DNA of 63,747 bases, filler included, from Octopus bimaculoides (taxonomy: Eukaryota), in NCBI RefSeq assembly GCF_001194135.2. It is 6 parts of 6 records of this genome, joined end to end, with 100 filler letters (N's around TTAATTAATTAA, not from the genome) between each part and the next. Parts side by side here need not be neighbours in the genome. Positions count along the whole stretch, not along the records: positions 1 to 28,829 come from NC_068991.1; 5 more parts are not named here. The stretch is one strand, 5' to 3'. The notes below the pieces were generated by a model, which ran no database searches, was not told where the DNA came from, and worked only from the letters and a program-made list of their open reading frames with translations. The position numbers and the translations under genes were made by a program. Of this stretch, positions 10,974 to 25,319 are shown in pieces (position 1 is the first letter of the stretch; each line of letters starts with the position of its first letter).

Positions 10974-12779
10974 TCTTTTACTTGTTTAAGTCATTTGACT
11001 GTGGCCATGCTGGAGTACTGCCTTTAGTCGAGCAAATCGACCCCAGGACTTACTCTTCGTAAGTCTAGTTCTTATTCTATTGGTCTCTAATGCCGANNNN
11101 NNNNNNGAGTACTGCCTTTAGTCGAGCAAATCGACCCCAGGACTTACTCTTCGTAAGTCTAGTTCTTATTCTATTGGTCTCTAATGCCGAACTGATAAGT
11201 TATGGAGATATAAACACACCAGCATCAGCTGTCAAATGATGGGGGGGGGGGACAAACACAGACTGGTGATTTCTGTCTGTTGATCTGTCTGTTACCAACT
11301 TGCTGCCTACACCAGCAAACCAATCTTGACAAAACTTTGCATACGTGTTAAACTAACATCCAGTTCAATTATAGGCCAGTTAGATTTCAATAAAAATCTA
11401 TAATGGGCTCCCTAGTGGGGTTAGGCTATTATTTGATAAAATGAGAAGGGTGCAAGAGTGTTAGTGTGAGGGAAATGCAGTGGCATAGTGAGTGTGGCTG
11501 ATATCAGAGAAGGGGAGAGCAGCGTTGTGTAAGCGACAAATATGGAGTGGCAGAGGGATGATAATGTTAATACAGCTGTCATTCAGGGATATACATGTGA
11601 CACTGTATATATACTTTCGTAAATACATATATACATGCATACACACACACACACACACGCACACACACAAGTAACTTTTAAAATGCTGAGGAAGGGAAAG
11701 AAAGGTGGGTGTGAGGAATATGTAGCTTTAAGCAGAGAGGGGTTAGGTGGCTTTTCTGCTGTTCATCAAAAAGAAACACTCACACACAGACACACACACA
11801 CACACGCATACATATATGTACATACATACATACATGCATGCATACGTCTACTATACACCATTTCAAACTTGTGATTACCTGTGTGTACGTTTGTAAATGT
11901 GTGTGTGTTTGTGACTAGGCAGGGAATTCTCTACAGTCAACTTTGACTAGGAAAAGTCATAAGTGGTATTGCTTCTCCCTGTAATTCTGTAGAAAGGCCT
12001 TGTATTTTGTATGCTTCCATTCATAGGTCTGATCATGCCCTTCTTCCCACAAGACTTTGTATGTTGTATGTATCCATGCCCTTATATAAACTTATTCATT
12101 TATATTATATATCTCTATATCTTATATTTATTTATACATCTATCTCTATTTGTCATAAGTATCACAGGTAAGTGCTTATATGTACTTATATAAGTACATA
12201 TATGCATTACATAAGTATCACAGGTAAGTGATACATAAGTACCACAGGATCCAGTGAACTGACAAGGAGTATAATGCAGCCTCTAACTCACTGGATCCTG
12301 TCAAATACCTAACAAAAATTAACACATTCACCACATTTTTGACCATTTTTACTATCTTTTCTCTTACTCTTTTCTTCGTTAATTTGTGATACACCAACAT
12401 CTCTGAAAATTATTTGTCGTGTATTATTTACAACATTCACCTCTCTAACCATTCGGTATTTTCCCCTCATGCTCTTAAAACTGTTGGCCCGCTTCCTGAT
12501 CTGCTACCCATATGATTTCTTGCTTCTTTAGAATATTGCTCTGGCACCCCATCACTACCATCTAACCTTTTCCCAGATACTTCCACCCTTATATAAATGC
12601 AGGGTAGCCATGTATTTTTACTATAGCCAGACACATTCTTGATACTAGCATTAAAAAACCTCCCCTTCCTCTCAAATATCCACCAACTACCACTGGTTAA
12701 TTGAAAGGGCTTTCCCCTTTCACACTGTTTTCCTTTTCTTTGCCCTTTCCTGCCTTGCAAGTTATTTGGCAACCATACA

Positions 12780-12995
12780 AGGGATGGCAACATGAGAAAA
12801 GCACCCAGCGCACATTGTAAAGTGGTTGGTGAAAAGAAGGGCATCTAGACATAGAAACCAAGCCTAAGCCAATATGGAGCATGATGCAGCACTCTGGCTC
12901 ACCAGCCCCTGTCAGACCATCTTACCCATGCCGGCATGGAAAACGGATGTAAAAATGTTGATGATGATGATGGCGATGATGATGATGATGATGAT
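12780..12995 (+). mobile_element. RTE 3'-tail element (diverged)
   Basis: GTGGTTGG...GAAGGGCATC motif and (GAT)n tail. Confidence 0.7.
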
Positions 12996-13574
12996 GGATT
13001 CACCTCCCTAGAATATTTTCTGTATTGGTATGTACAATATTGCACATGAGTAGGCATGGAAAATTAACATATTTTAACAGCATAATTTATGAAGAGAAAT
13101 TACTCCAGAAATGACATGTAGAGTGTATGATGTTTAAGCTGTATGAAAGGTGGAAAGTGACAGGGAAATAAAATCATCAACGGATATATATATACATAGG
13201 GGAGACAACTGCGTTGGTATGGTGACACGAATGAAATGGACGTTGATCTACAGTAAGTGGAGGTGGGGTGGACGGCATGTGGTGTTGAGGTAGAGGGGTA
13301 GATGTAGCTGAAGAAGTGAGGAAGAAGATGATGCAGGTAGATTTGAGTATGTTGTGATCAATATGACTGGCGATATATTGTACAGCAGACTCATCCAGAT
13401 TATGCCAAACATAAAAAGAAAATTTTTTTAAATGTTAAAATGATGTTGATGCAGATGATGATGTATTTGGAAAGAAAACAATTTGACAGATACTTATATA
13501 GGGTTTTAATCATTGTTTTTATTCTTTTCTTTTTTTCAAAATTAGTTTTATGTAATGCAGAATGCTTACATATA

Positions 13575-13745
13575 CATGAGGCGGGTGCTGAAAATTTCTT
13601 GGCTTTAAGGGTTTTGCAAAAGGCCTGGCTGGAGGCCCAACCGTCTGTGAATTTGAAAGGAAAAAAGGTTGAATAAAATCATAATCAACTGATCCTCCTG
13701 TATTTTCTTTTACCCAAAGCCAAGAACTTTGCAGCGCCTCTTTGT
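13575..13745. mobile_element. Tc1/mariner-type MITE
   Basis: Imperfect ~30-bp terminal inverted repeats (GAGGCGGGTGCTGAAAATTTCTTGGCTTT / AAAGCCAAGAACTTTGCAGCGCCTC) around a ~110-bp core. Confidence 0.7.
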
Positions 13746-13794
13746 GTATATCATCATCATCATCATCGTTTAACGTCCGCTTTCCATGCTAGCA

Positions 13795-14110
13795 CTCTGT
13801 CAGTTACGATGAGGGTCCCAGCTGATATGATCAACGGAGCAGCCTGCTTGTGAAATTAACGTGCAAGTGGTTGAGTACTCCATGGACACGTGTACCCTTA
13901 ACAGAGTTCTCAGGGAGATTCAGCGTGACATGGAATCCGACAAGGCTGGCCCTTTGAAATACAGGTACTACTCATTTTTGCTAGCTGAGTGGACCAGAGC
14001 AATGTGAAATAAAGTGTCTTGCTCAAGGACACAACGTGTCGCCAGGAAATGAACTCATGACCCAATGATCGTGAGCCGAATATCCCAACTACTCAGCCAT
14101 GCACCTTCAC
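13795..14110 (-). mobile_element. tRNA-derived SINE, family B
   Basis: Shares CAAGCAGGCTG, TTAATTTCAC and CAGCCTTGTC blocks with 28490-28829, with the tRNA head at the right end. Confidence 0.8.
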
Positions 14111-14151
14111 ATACATACATACATTCCTTCATATATGTATATGTGTGTGTA

Positions 14152-14233
<82 letters not shown>

Positions 14234-14899
14234 TGTGTGTGAATATATGTATGTGTCTGTGTGTGAACATCTGTCTGTTTATCTATCTATATAAATACAT
14301 ACACACACATACACACACATGCGAGCATACACACATACACACACTCATGTATGTAAACATGTGTATGTGCATACACACACATATAAAGACAAATACATAA
14401 GCGAGCATGTATATATACGTTTGTGTGTGTGTGTGTATACATGTATACACAAGTATACGCCATACACTTATATGTGTACGTGTATATATGTATATACGTA
14501 TACACACATTCACATAATTTTTGTTTTAAATGTTTGCAGAGAACATGCTCGTTGAACAATGAATGTATTTAACTTGGAATGACATAACAAAGGTTATCAA
14601 CTGTAGAAAAACAAAGAGAAATACATATTCTAGAATGTTGCATATGCAATTCTACAGTGACATTGAAACAAATATGGCTGTTTGGCTGTAAATACAAGTG
14701 TTTAGATCTTTTATTCTTTTACTTGTTTCAGTCATTTGACTGCGGCCATGCTGGAGCACTGCCTTAAAAGGTGTTAGTTAAAGAAATCAACCCCAGGACT
14801 TATTCTTTGTAAGCCTAGTTCTTATTTTATCGGTCTCTTTTGCCAAACTGCTAAGTCACAGGGACATAAACACACCAGCATTGGTTGTTAAGCGATGTT

Positions 14900-15232
14900 A
14901 GGGGTGACTGGCCCTCGTGCCGGTAGCACGTAAAAAGCACCATTTGAGCATGATCGTTACCAGTGTTGCCTTACTAGCACTTGTGCCGGTGGTACGTGGA
15001 AAACAACATTTGAGCGAGGACGTTGCCAGTGCCGCCTGACTTGCCCTTGTAACGGTGGCACGTAAAAGTACCCACTACACACTCGGAGTGGTTGGCATTA
15101 GGAAGGGCATCCAGCTGTAGAAATTCTGCCAGATCTGATTCGAGCCTTGTGCAGCCATCTGGCTCACCAGTCGCCAGTCAAACCGTCCAACCCATGCCAG
15201 CATGGAAAGCAGACGTTAATGACGATGATGAT
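14900..15232 (+). mobile_element. RTE 3'-tail element
   Basis: GGAAGGGCATCCAGCTGTAG motif, ending GACGATGATGAT. Confidence 0.85.
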
Positions 15233-15361
15233 ATATAGACAGGTTTCTTTCGGTTTCCATCTATTAAATCCACTCACAAGGCTTTGGTTGGCTCGAGGTT
15301 ACAGTAGAAGACACTTGCCCAAGGTGCTACACAGTGGGACTGAACCCAGAATCATGTATGT

Positions 15362-16190
15362 ATCATCATCATCATCATCGTCTAACGTCCGCTTTCCATG
15401 CTAGCATGGGTTGGACGATTTGACTGAGGACTGGTGAAACCGGGTGGCTACACCAGGCTCCAATCTGATTTGGCAGAGTTTCTATAGCTGGATGCTCTTC
15501 CTAAAGCCAACCACTCTGAGAGTGTAGTGGGTACATTTACGTGCCACCCGCAGGAGGCCAGTCAGGCGGTACTGGCAACGGCCACACTCAAATGGTGTAT
15601 TTTATGTGCCACCCGCACAAGAGCCAGTCCAGGGGCACTGGCAATGATCTCGCTCGAAAGTCCATTACACATGCCACGGGCACAAGTGCCAGAAAGGCGA
15701 TGCTGGGCACAGGTGCTATCCTGATTTCGCTTTCGCTTGCCCCAATAAGTCTTCGCANNNNNNNNNNNNNNNNNNNNNNNNNNNNNNNNNNNNNNNNNNN
15801 NNNNNNNNNNNNNNNNNNNNNNNNNNNNNNNNNNNNNNNNNNNNNNNNNNNNNNNNNNNNNNNNNNNNNNNNNNNNNNNNNNNNNNNNNNNNNNNNNNNN
15901 NNNNNNNNNNNNNNNNNNNNNNNNNNNNNNNGATTTCACTTGCCTCAACAGGTCTTCGCAAGCGGAGTTTGGTGTCCAAAGAAGGAAAAGTACGCATAAG
16001 TGGGCCGGCTACACCCCTGGCAGAGGCCTTGGATTTAGGTCTCACTTGGCTTGCTGGGTCTACTCACGCGCAGAATATTTCCAAAGGTCTCGGTCAGAAG
16101 TCATCGCCTCGTTGAGGCCCAATGTTCAAAGGTCTTGCCTCATCACCTCAGCCCAGGTCTTCCTGGGCCTACCTCTTCCACGGGTTCCCG
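15362..16190 (-). mobile_element. RTE 3' portion (tail plus end of ORF), interrupted by gaps
   Basis: (CAT)n tail, internal repeats, and CCCAGGTCTTCCTGGGCCTACC (reverse complement of the GRPRKTW-coding segment). Confidence 0.85.
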
Positions 16191-18337
16191 NNNNNNNNNN
16201 NNNNNNNNNNNNNNNNNNNNNNNNNNNNNNNNNNNNNNNNNNNNNNNNNNNNNNNNNNNNNNNNNNNNNNNNNNNNNNNNNNNNNNNNNNNNNNNNNNNN
16301 NNNNNNNNNNNNNNNNNNNNNNNNNNNNNNNNNNNNNNNNNNNNNNNNNNNNNNNNNNNNNNNNNNNNNNNNNNNNNNNNNNNNNNNNNNNNNNNNNNNN
16401 NNNNNNNNNNNNNNNNNNNNNNNNNNNNNNNNNNNNNNNNNNNNNNNNNNNNNNNNNNNNNNNNNNNNNNNNNNNNNNNNNNNNNNNNNNNNNNNNNNNN
16501 NNNNNNNNNNNNNNNNNNNNNNNNNNNNNNNNNNNNNNNNNNNNNNNNNNNNNNNNNNNNNNNNNNNNNNNNNNNNNNNNNNNNNNNNNNNNNNNNNNNN
16601 NNNNNNNNNNNNNNNNNNNNNNNNNNNNNNNNNNNNNNNNNNNNNNNNNNNNNNNNNNNNNNNNNNNNNNNNNNNNNNNNNNNNNNNNNNNNNNNNNNNN
16701 NNNNNNNNNNNNNNNNNNNNNNNNNNNNNNNNNNNNNNNNNNNNNNNNNNNNNNNNNNNNNNNNNNNNNNNNNNNNNNNNNNNNNNNNNNNNNNNATATA
16801 TATATTATTATTTATTTATGTGCCCTTTTTAAAGCCTAGCCAGGCTCATGGGCCAGGTTTCCCGGTTTCCACTTTTTACCTCTTTCTTCTTGTCTTGCAA
16901 GGTACTTGGCAACCTCACCAATGCTGGTGGCACAAAAAAAAAAAAAAAAGCACCGAGTAAAGTGGTTGGTGCTAGGAAGGGTATCAAGCCATAGAAACCA
17001 GATCAAAGTTCAACATGGTCCAGTGGCTTACTGGATTCTGTTAAATTATCCAACCCATGCCAGTAAGGAAAACAAATGTTAAAAGATGATGATTCTTAAT
17101 AAAGGTAAGTCATTGAAAGACAGAATTGGTATAGCATTGAAGAAAATATCTTGCAGTATTTGCCTATTTCCTGAATTTAAATTCATCTCAGATCAACAAG
17201 ACAAGAATTAGGTTGGATTACAACTTGTCCTTACATCAAAATCCTGTGGTTTCATGCTTTTGTTGGAAATCATTATTTAGATGGTAAATTAATGATAGAG
17301 TACAGGACTAAATGTTCCCTTTGTATTCTGATATTTCAAATCTCACCATAGTTGATGTCCCTATCATCCTTCTAGGGTGATAAAAATAAGTCCTGGTCAG
17401 TTATTCAGGTCACAATGGGCAGCCAGTTGTTCCCTCTCCACAAACTTTGAAATTATATTTGAAAATATCTTTACACCAGCTACAAAACAAATTCTTTCAA
17501 TGAGCAGCAGGTGTAGCATTTAATTAACTCTGATATATCTCTCATCATCATAAACCCCAGGACCTTACTGCCTTGATTCCTAGGAGTCACAAGGCCAGTT
17601 GCCTGATTTTCATGGCTTATAACTGACCAAGATCACTGAATGGAATGCCAGTCTGTGGCTGGGTTACTCATTTGCAGATGATTGGATTGGGGCAACATAA
17701 AATGAAGTGTTTTTCTCAAGAACACAATACACTGCCCAGTCCAGGAACTGAAACCATGATCTTGTAATCATGAGTGCAACACGCTAAGACCATATTGCTA
17801 GTACTTAATTCATCAACCCAAAACGTATAAAAAATATTTGAACTTAGACTTTTGAAAAGTGAAACTAAAGTATTTAAAAATATTTTTAGAATGCCTCTCA
17901 GAAGAAAATTTGTTGAAGTAGAGGAAACTTCACTGAAATGCCTGAAGTATGTTATTATTACTTTTTAAATCAAAGGCAAAAATAACTGTTCTCTGATGTG
18001 CCAAAATTTGAAATTAATTAAAGCTAAACTGGAGAGCTAGCAGAATTGTTACTGCAGTATTTCATCCATTTTTACGTTTTAAGTTCAAATTCTGCCAAGG
18101 TTGACTTCGCTTTTCATCTTTTTGGGTTGATAAAATAATACCAGGAACTTACCCTCTTCCCTGAAATTACTGGCCTTGTGCCAAAATTTGAAACTAATAG
18201 AAACTGAAACTAGAAACTTTTGGTGTGAAGCAAAATTCAATGCATTTCAGAATAAAACAAACACACACACACACATGTGCACACAGCAACAAAAACACAA
18301 AAATACTGGAGAGGCCTTTAGTAAAGGAAAACAAAAT

Positions 18338-18343
18338 TTTATT
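18338..18343 (-). terminator. Candidate AATAAA polyadenylation signal for the choline kinase transcript
   Basis: AATAAA on the minus strand, followed about 45-95 nt downstream by a GT/T-rich element (TTGTGTTTTTGTTGCTGTGTGC...). It lies at the far end of a transposon-poor, T-rich tract starting at the kinase stop codon. Confidence 0.35.
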
Positions 18344-18792
18344 TTCAAAAAATAATCTTGGTGACACTTCTAGTTTATATCATTACACAAATTGTGTCCG
18401 GTATCAGTGTCGAGAACTGAACATTAGAAAAATTATTCCACCAAAAGAAAAAAAAAAATTCTTTTCTTCCTTCTTTCTTTCTCTTTTCATCTTTGTTTCA
18501 GAAAGATTGATGCAAGAAACTGTTGCTGCTCTATTATATTGCAATGATGTTAATTTCTCCAAATATGGAACAGTATGGGAACAGAGAGAATTGATATAGC
18601 AAGGAATTGGTTTGATTGAAACAAGATTCACACTTGACAGAGGGAGGGAGAGGGGAGAAGGGAATATTACAGCAAAAAGAAAAAAAAACAACAATAAGTA
18701 GCATAGAGAAACATTTCACATAAAAGGACATTGTAAAAAATTTTGACGACAGGATACAAACAAAAGCAGTTTTATGAATTTGACTGGCTTTG

Positions 18793-18831
<39 letters not shown>

Positions 18832-21800
18832 GGCAAATAGGGAAAAGAAATAATTGAATTCAGGACAAAACAGAAATTCTTAATTTCATTATTTCTTGAT
18901 GGAACACATGACCGATGCAAATGCAACTTCAAAATTACAAAGAAAAAAAATTAAACCAAACAAAACCCTTACTCATCTCAAGGTTTATAGATGTTCCTAG
19001 TCAATGAATATTCTGCTCAAAAATGCACCAATGTGTATCTCGAAAGGAATTTAAGCATCACGTTTCCTTTAATGAGTGATAGAAAATAGTTTGTGGCAAA
19101 CTGAAAAATCTGGATTTTCCCAAACAAACAGAGCCATCAATGCTGTTTTTAACAAATACATCACATTAATACAACAATTGCACTAGTTCACCCTTGAGAC
19201 ATGGACTCAAGACGTTTACAATAAACACAAGATAATATCCAATGGGTCGGAAAGTTATGAAACACTAAATCAAAGTAAATTATGAATAAAAAGGTGCAAC
19301 CAATTTTCCAATCTTTAAGAAAACCAGTGAAGGCTGTTTGTTTAAGGTGGAATTTGAAAGGCTATTCCAGTTAGATATTAATGGAAAAAAACTAACAAGT
19401 TACCTTTTGAATCTTTACCTCTGGTTGGCATGCCAAAGAAAAATGGCAAAATCCATTAGTGCCAAACTAACAAGGCAATCAATAAGAAGCAATACTGCAT
19501 TTCCAATAGTGGAAAAAAATTCTAGAAAAACTCCCTAAAGGAGAACCCAGTAAAAGTGGCACGTGATACATATGCCATTATGAAAAATGTTATATTTGAA
19601 AGGAGTTTTGAAGTGTGTACTAGTTGTCTTGTGTGTTTATCAAATATTGTTTTGACAGGATGAAAGAGGTTTTTGAGAGCCACACAGAAATTTGATGGGA
19701 ATAATTTCAGCAGAAGTGGATCAACTGATCTTAAACACTACCCACAAATATTAAATAAAAAATGAAATGCAATTTGCATAACATGTCTGAAATGCATACT
19801 CATCCACAGGTTTAGAAAATACCATAATTGATTCCAAAATGTTCAGCTTGAACATCATATTGAGAAGTGAGGTTCCAAAGATTTCTTTAGTTGCACCATT
19901 GTAAGAACCATTTACTTTTCCTCTTTTCTACATTTTTAACCCCTAAACCTTCCTTCTTACTAAACCTAAACCCATTGCTTTAATAATTCTTTCCCTTATA
20001 ACCCTGCCACACTAAAACTTTAAGAACCATTACCAAAAGGTGTCAATTATGTTTGAATCATACAGAAATATTTGGCAAAAAGTGCGACTAAATATATTTT
20101 GAGAACATACAAATACCATACCTGACGCTGATAATCACATTCTAGGCAGAAAAACCTATCATACAAACATCAGAATGTGATTTCATACTGCAGGTGAAAT
20201 TCCGTTATTGGAATTCAAGAGTGTAAATAGTTACAAAGTATTGAAATACATAAAGTTGTTTGCAGTATGCAATTTCAGGCTGAGGTCAACACTTCCTGTA
20301 AACAAACTTAGAGTTATACTCTCTAGGTAACACCTATTCCTCAATTTGAAGAACATAATATAAGACAAGATCTAATACAGTGAGGTCAATTATTCTCAAG
20401 TCATATTCCTGGAGTTTGGGCTAAATATTCCAATGCTTCTTGTTATTCTTCTTGGTGTGTGTGTGTGTGTGTGTGTGCGTCGGAGGGGGGGGGGCATTCT
20501 ATCCTCAGAGATTTCTGGGTTTCAGTCAAGTATAAACTATTCTATTAATTTCTTTGATAACTAAATACTTAATGTGAAAAATGAGATTTTATAATGAGAC
20601 AAAGAAAATGTTATTAGGGTTGAAACTGAGCATCAAAGAGATTCTGTATACACTTAGGTCAAACTATATAAAGATGCCAGCTAGTGTACTAAAGTTCTGA
20701 AGCTAAGCAACACAAGGATTTCTTAATATAAAGCTGCAGGCATGACTGTGGCTAAAGAAAAAGTAAGTTTAGAAATCAGGAATCTCACCAGGAATGACAT
20801 GATTAGAGTGATTTAACACTCAAGACTATCAAGAAATGGAGCGGGGAAGGGGAATAAAGACAGAAACTTGTTTATTATTGTTGTTGTGGTAGTAGTTATT
20901 GTTAGTTGGAATACTTCCTCAGTGAATATTTTGAAGACATTCTAATTCCAGACCACAAATTTAGGTAAGAAAATAATAATTACCTACAACAGTGACAACA
21001 AGTTTATTCTGAATTTATGGAAATTAAGGTTTAAGAGCTGGAATGGTTTCCAAAAAGTTGCATAACAGTGCCAACTAAAAAAAGTATTATTAAAATCTTA
21101 ACGAGTTTAATAAACATGACAAATAATTAGGACACGTGCAAATAATTAGGACAGGTTTTCATATAAATTTAGGACGGATAACATTTTCTCAGTCATTTAG
21201 CTTTGATCTTCACATTTCACACAACACACCAACCATTTTCTTGTTGCAGCATCAGTTGCCAAACAACTTCCAAAGAAAAACAAAACTACATCAACAACAA
21301 ATGGGGAAAATCGATATGTTAAGGATGAGAAGTTTCTTTCATTTCAAAATATAATATTGAGAAAAGTTTCCATCAAAGCAGTTTTTAATGATGTCACTTC
21401 AAGCTGTAGAAAGACTTTTTTTCTTTTTAAGATATTTGTATGTAAAATACAGTGTTAACAACTGTAGTAGGAAAAAGTATAAAATAAACATTTGTAAATT
21501 AAGCAGTCAGGGATTGTTTTCTTACTCTGAGTTACAAAAGGCACAAAACCTATTTGGTCAGAAAACACAAGTATTTACAAGTATAGAGATATGCAGCCGT
21601 TTAACACCCTAAGATTTTCTTGTTTCCTTTAGAGTTTTTTGGTGTTATTTTCTGACTAAACTAGGTGACATTTACAGGACACTGCTGACTGAATTTGTAT
21701 TATTATGTACATTTTTGTATGTCATAGTTCACAGCAAAACAGACTAAAAAAATATCCATATGGGAAAGTTTTTCATTCATTTATCTCAGTTGATATATTT

Positions 21801-22491
21801 CATCATCATTCTCATCATCATCCTCCACATAATCAGTTTTTTAGTGGGGTTTTTTTTTTGTATGTGTTTATAATCTGGTTTGTTGTTTGGTGAAAATCAT
21901 ACTTTGACAAGCTATTGAAAACGCCCAATCAGTTATGGTACAGGAATAAAAAGGAACTTTGATAAAAAAAAAATATAAATAATTAAAAAATGATTACATA
22001 AAGAGAAATAAAAAAAAAAAGTTGACAATGTCAGTAAACATAAACTAACACATTGTATTGTGAAATTTTAGAGAAAAATAAAATATTCAAAGACAGAATA
22101 TAAATGGAAAAAAAAAAAGAAAAACCAATGTTTACAATAACATGACAGGATTAAAAAATATAATGGAAATATTTCTGTAAAATAGGACAGAGCCTTTGGG
22201 ACCGATTTTCAAAACCAGAACATAAAAAAAAAAAAAAAAAGATAGGACTGGAACTTGAAACAAGAAAAATTAAAGTTTTAAATGGTAGCAAACATTGACC
22301 AATGAATACAACACAGAAACACAATTAGATTTTTAACTTCCTTATCATTTTTCATGATTACTTCCAAATATATATATACATACACACAAACATATATAAA
22401 TGTATACATATGTATGTGTATATATATTGATATACATACATGTATGTATGTACATACACATATGTATGTGTCTGTGTATGTATATTTTATA

Positions 22492-22565
<74 letters not shown>

Positions 22566-22793
22566 CATGTATGTATATGCACATACACATCAACATACAG
22601 AAGATATGCAAAAATGTATACAATTCAAGAAATGTCTATCTGCAGATCATTCATTGATTTCAGCAAAATATCACACCTTATATTGTCATATTTTGGGAGA
22701 TCCTCTTCTCCACCATAATTAACAACACCTGTATTCACTATAGCAATTATCTTATTAAACATAATTGGCTATATAAGCAGCTAATATATACAT

Positions 22794-22826
<33 letters not shown>

Positions 22827-22986
22827 TATATATATACACACACACACACAAAAATAGACACACACGATGTAAATATTATATATATATATATATAGATAGA
22901 TAGATGAATACACACACAGTTATACATATACAAGCACATATGTCATTGTAATCACTTTACATTTGTTGCCCATGCTAGCAGGGGTT

Positions 22987-23027
<41 letters not shown>

Positions 23028-23809
23028 GTACATATATACATACATACATATGAGTGACTTCTTTAATTAAGCAAGAGCATTTGAGTTGAGAAATCCAAAC
23101 CATATAATTGAATTAATTGGTACATATAGCAATGTTACTTACCAGATTTCCAGTTGTGCTTCATACAAATGAATGACAAAGAAAAACCTGATTTGTGATT
23201 TACATTCATTTCTGTATCTTAGGCATGGATTGCATTCATATAGAAAAGACTACTAGTGTATATATACAGAGAAACATATGCACAGACACACATGCCTACC
23301 TACAGACACAGAACATATATTATTTATTAATTATGAAGTTATACAAAAGCTTAGAGTGTTACATACCAAATAAATTGTTTGAAATGTGCTTTTGCATGAA
23401 GCTTCTGTAGCCTCAACATCAATAAATAATATATTTACTCTATTTTATGTATTGATTTCATTTCTCCCATTTGTAAAAACAATGCTGTATGTGTGTGCAC
23501 ATACATACATACATATATATACACACACATATATGCACATGCATCAATATACATATACATCCATACACACACTGCTTAATAGTAAACAAATGAGAAGAGT
23601 GCCCAATGCATATTGTAGAGTATATGGTCTTTTTTTTTAAACTTGGGCTGAGAGCTTGTCTCATTTCAGTTTTAATATATATGTATACATGAGTGCATGT
23701 ATATATATATGTGTGTATGTGTATATATATATATGTATATATATATGTGTATATATATATATATATAAATATATATATATATATGTATGTATATATATAT
23801 ATATATGTG

Positions 23810-23858
<49 letters not shown>

Positions 23859-24876
23859 ATGTATGTATATGTATATATAGGGAGGAGAGAAGAGAACAAG
23901 AGCAGAAATAGATNNNNNNNNNNNNNNNNNNNNNNNNNNNNNNNNNNNNNNNNNNNNNNNNNNNNNNNNNNNNNNNNNNNNNNNNNNNNNNNNNNNNNNN
24001 NNNNNNNNNNNNNNNNNNNNNNNNNNNNNNNNNNNNNNNNNNNNNNNNNNNNNNNNNNNNNNNNNNNNNNNNNNNNNNNNNNNNNNNNNNNNNNNNNNNN
24101 NNNNNNNNNNNNNNNNNNNNNTCTAACTGGATAATCTTCACATGCCCCTGCTTTACTTTAACGTCAGGAAATCACTAAAACTTTTATATGTAAAGTGTGA
24201 AGAGGTTTACTGTCTGACCACCAAACGCGACACGCTATGCTCAACAGAAATGACAAGCACTGATCGATGGCATAACATTCAAGAAATCAAACCTAAGGCT
24301 AAATTTTGAAGGGAATATCCAGCAATAATCTTAAAGCAACACAAGAAGTCAAGTTACTCAACAGATGTATGCAACGATGGGCCACAGAAGAGTAAATTCC
24401 TTTATGAAGGGAACAATTAGTGTGTGCGTATAAAGAGCTCTCGGGCACTGGAGCACAAAAGTCAACGTAGAGATACAAAGCAGGATGAAAATATTGGACA
24501 TAACTTAATAAAACAGCTATTCAGAAGGATGTTAAAAACCAAGGATGAGTAAAAAAAAGCACAGAAATTCTATGGATTAATACATTTTTTTTTTTGTAGC
24601 AATATTTAGTAAGTTAAAAGGGAATAATAAAAAATATTTTGCCCTGAAACATTTAAAAGCATTTTAAAATATTCTAAATAGGTGTCCAAAAAAAATTCCC
24701 ATATGTTTTAGTTAAAAATTCAGTTTACTGTATATCAATCCGAAATAGATGATGTTCAACTGAATCACACAGAATCTTTTGCATTACATCTTCTAAGGCC
24801 ATTTTAGTTGACCAACAGTAATGTCCTACAAGATTTCTCCAGATGCTTGACCGGTGATGGAAAGAGATCTTGATAC

Positions 24877-24948
24877 TTATTCTTCCAAAAGTGTTGGCAG
24901 TAGCTGTTTCATTCTTCTATATTGGTCAAAACGGCTTTGGGCATATTC
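24877..24948 (-). CDS. CHK: Choline/ethanolamine kinase, terminal coding exon: EYAQSRFDQYRRMKQLLPTLLEE*
   Basis: Acceptor ttaattcttcag|GAA in phase 0 joins in frame to the 27981-28151 exon. EYAQSRFDQY matches the family's final helix motif (xYAxxRFxxY). TAA stop at 24879-24877; intron of 3032 nt. Confidence 0.92.
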   Translation of the reverse strand, partial: EYAQSRFDQYRRMKQLLPTLLEE

Positions 24949-25319
24949 CTGAAGAATTAACAAACAAAATGGTAAAGAAACTGATATAATAAATGACAGA
25001 ATGCAATCATCAAGATAATTGAAACAACGATTAAAAGTTTGGCAAGACAAACAAAAGGAAAAATAAAACTCAAAACATGAATATATGTATCTTTATTATT
25101 AATTGGAGAAGTTGCAGAGTATTTCAAATGCCAAGAATTTTGTGTTTTGGCATTTATCAAATAACAATAACATTTTGATATCACCATCATCATTGTTTTA
25201 ATATCCAGTTTTCCATGCCTGCATGGATCAGATGGAATCTATTGAGGCAGACTTTCTACAGGTGGTCTTCTTGTCACAAATCCTCACCTGTTTCCAAGTA
25301 GGTCTACCAAATTCACTCC

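Noticed and set aside
10997-11195. Exact ~85-bp direct repeat either side of a 10-N gap
   Set aside because: Identical copies abutting a gap indicate unmerged contig overlap. The same applies to 58500-58640.
12155-12250. Repeated CAGGTAAGT perfect donor motifs on the plus strand
   Set aside because: Part of a local ~20-bp duplication in low-complexity DNA, with no upstream exon.
16046-16960. Long ORFs of 200-350 aa (also 41775-42848, 47632-48363, 60577-61574)
   Set aside because: Length comes from N runs translated as X plus (TA)n tracts.
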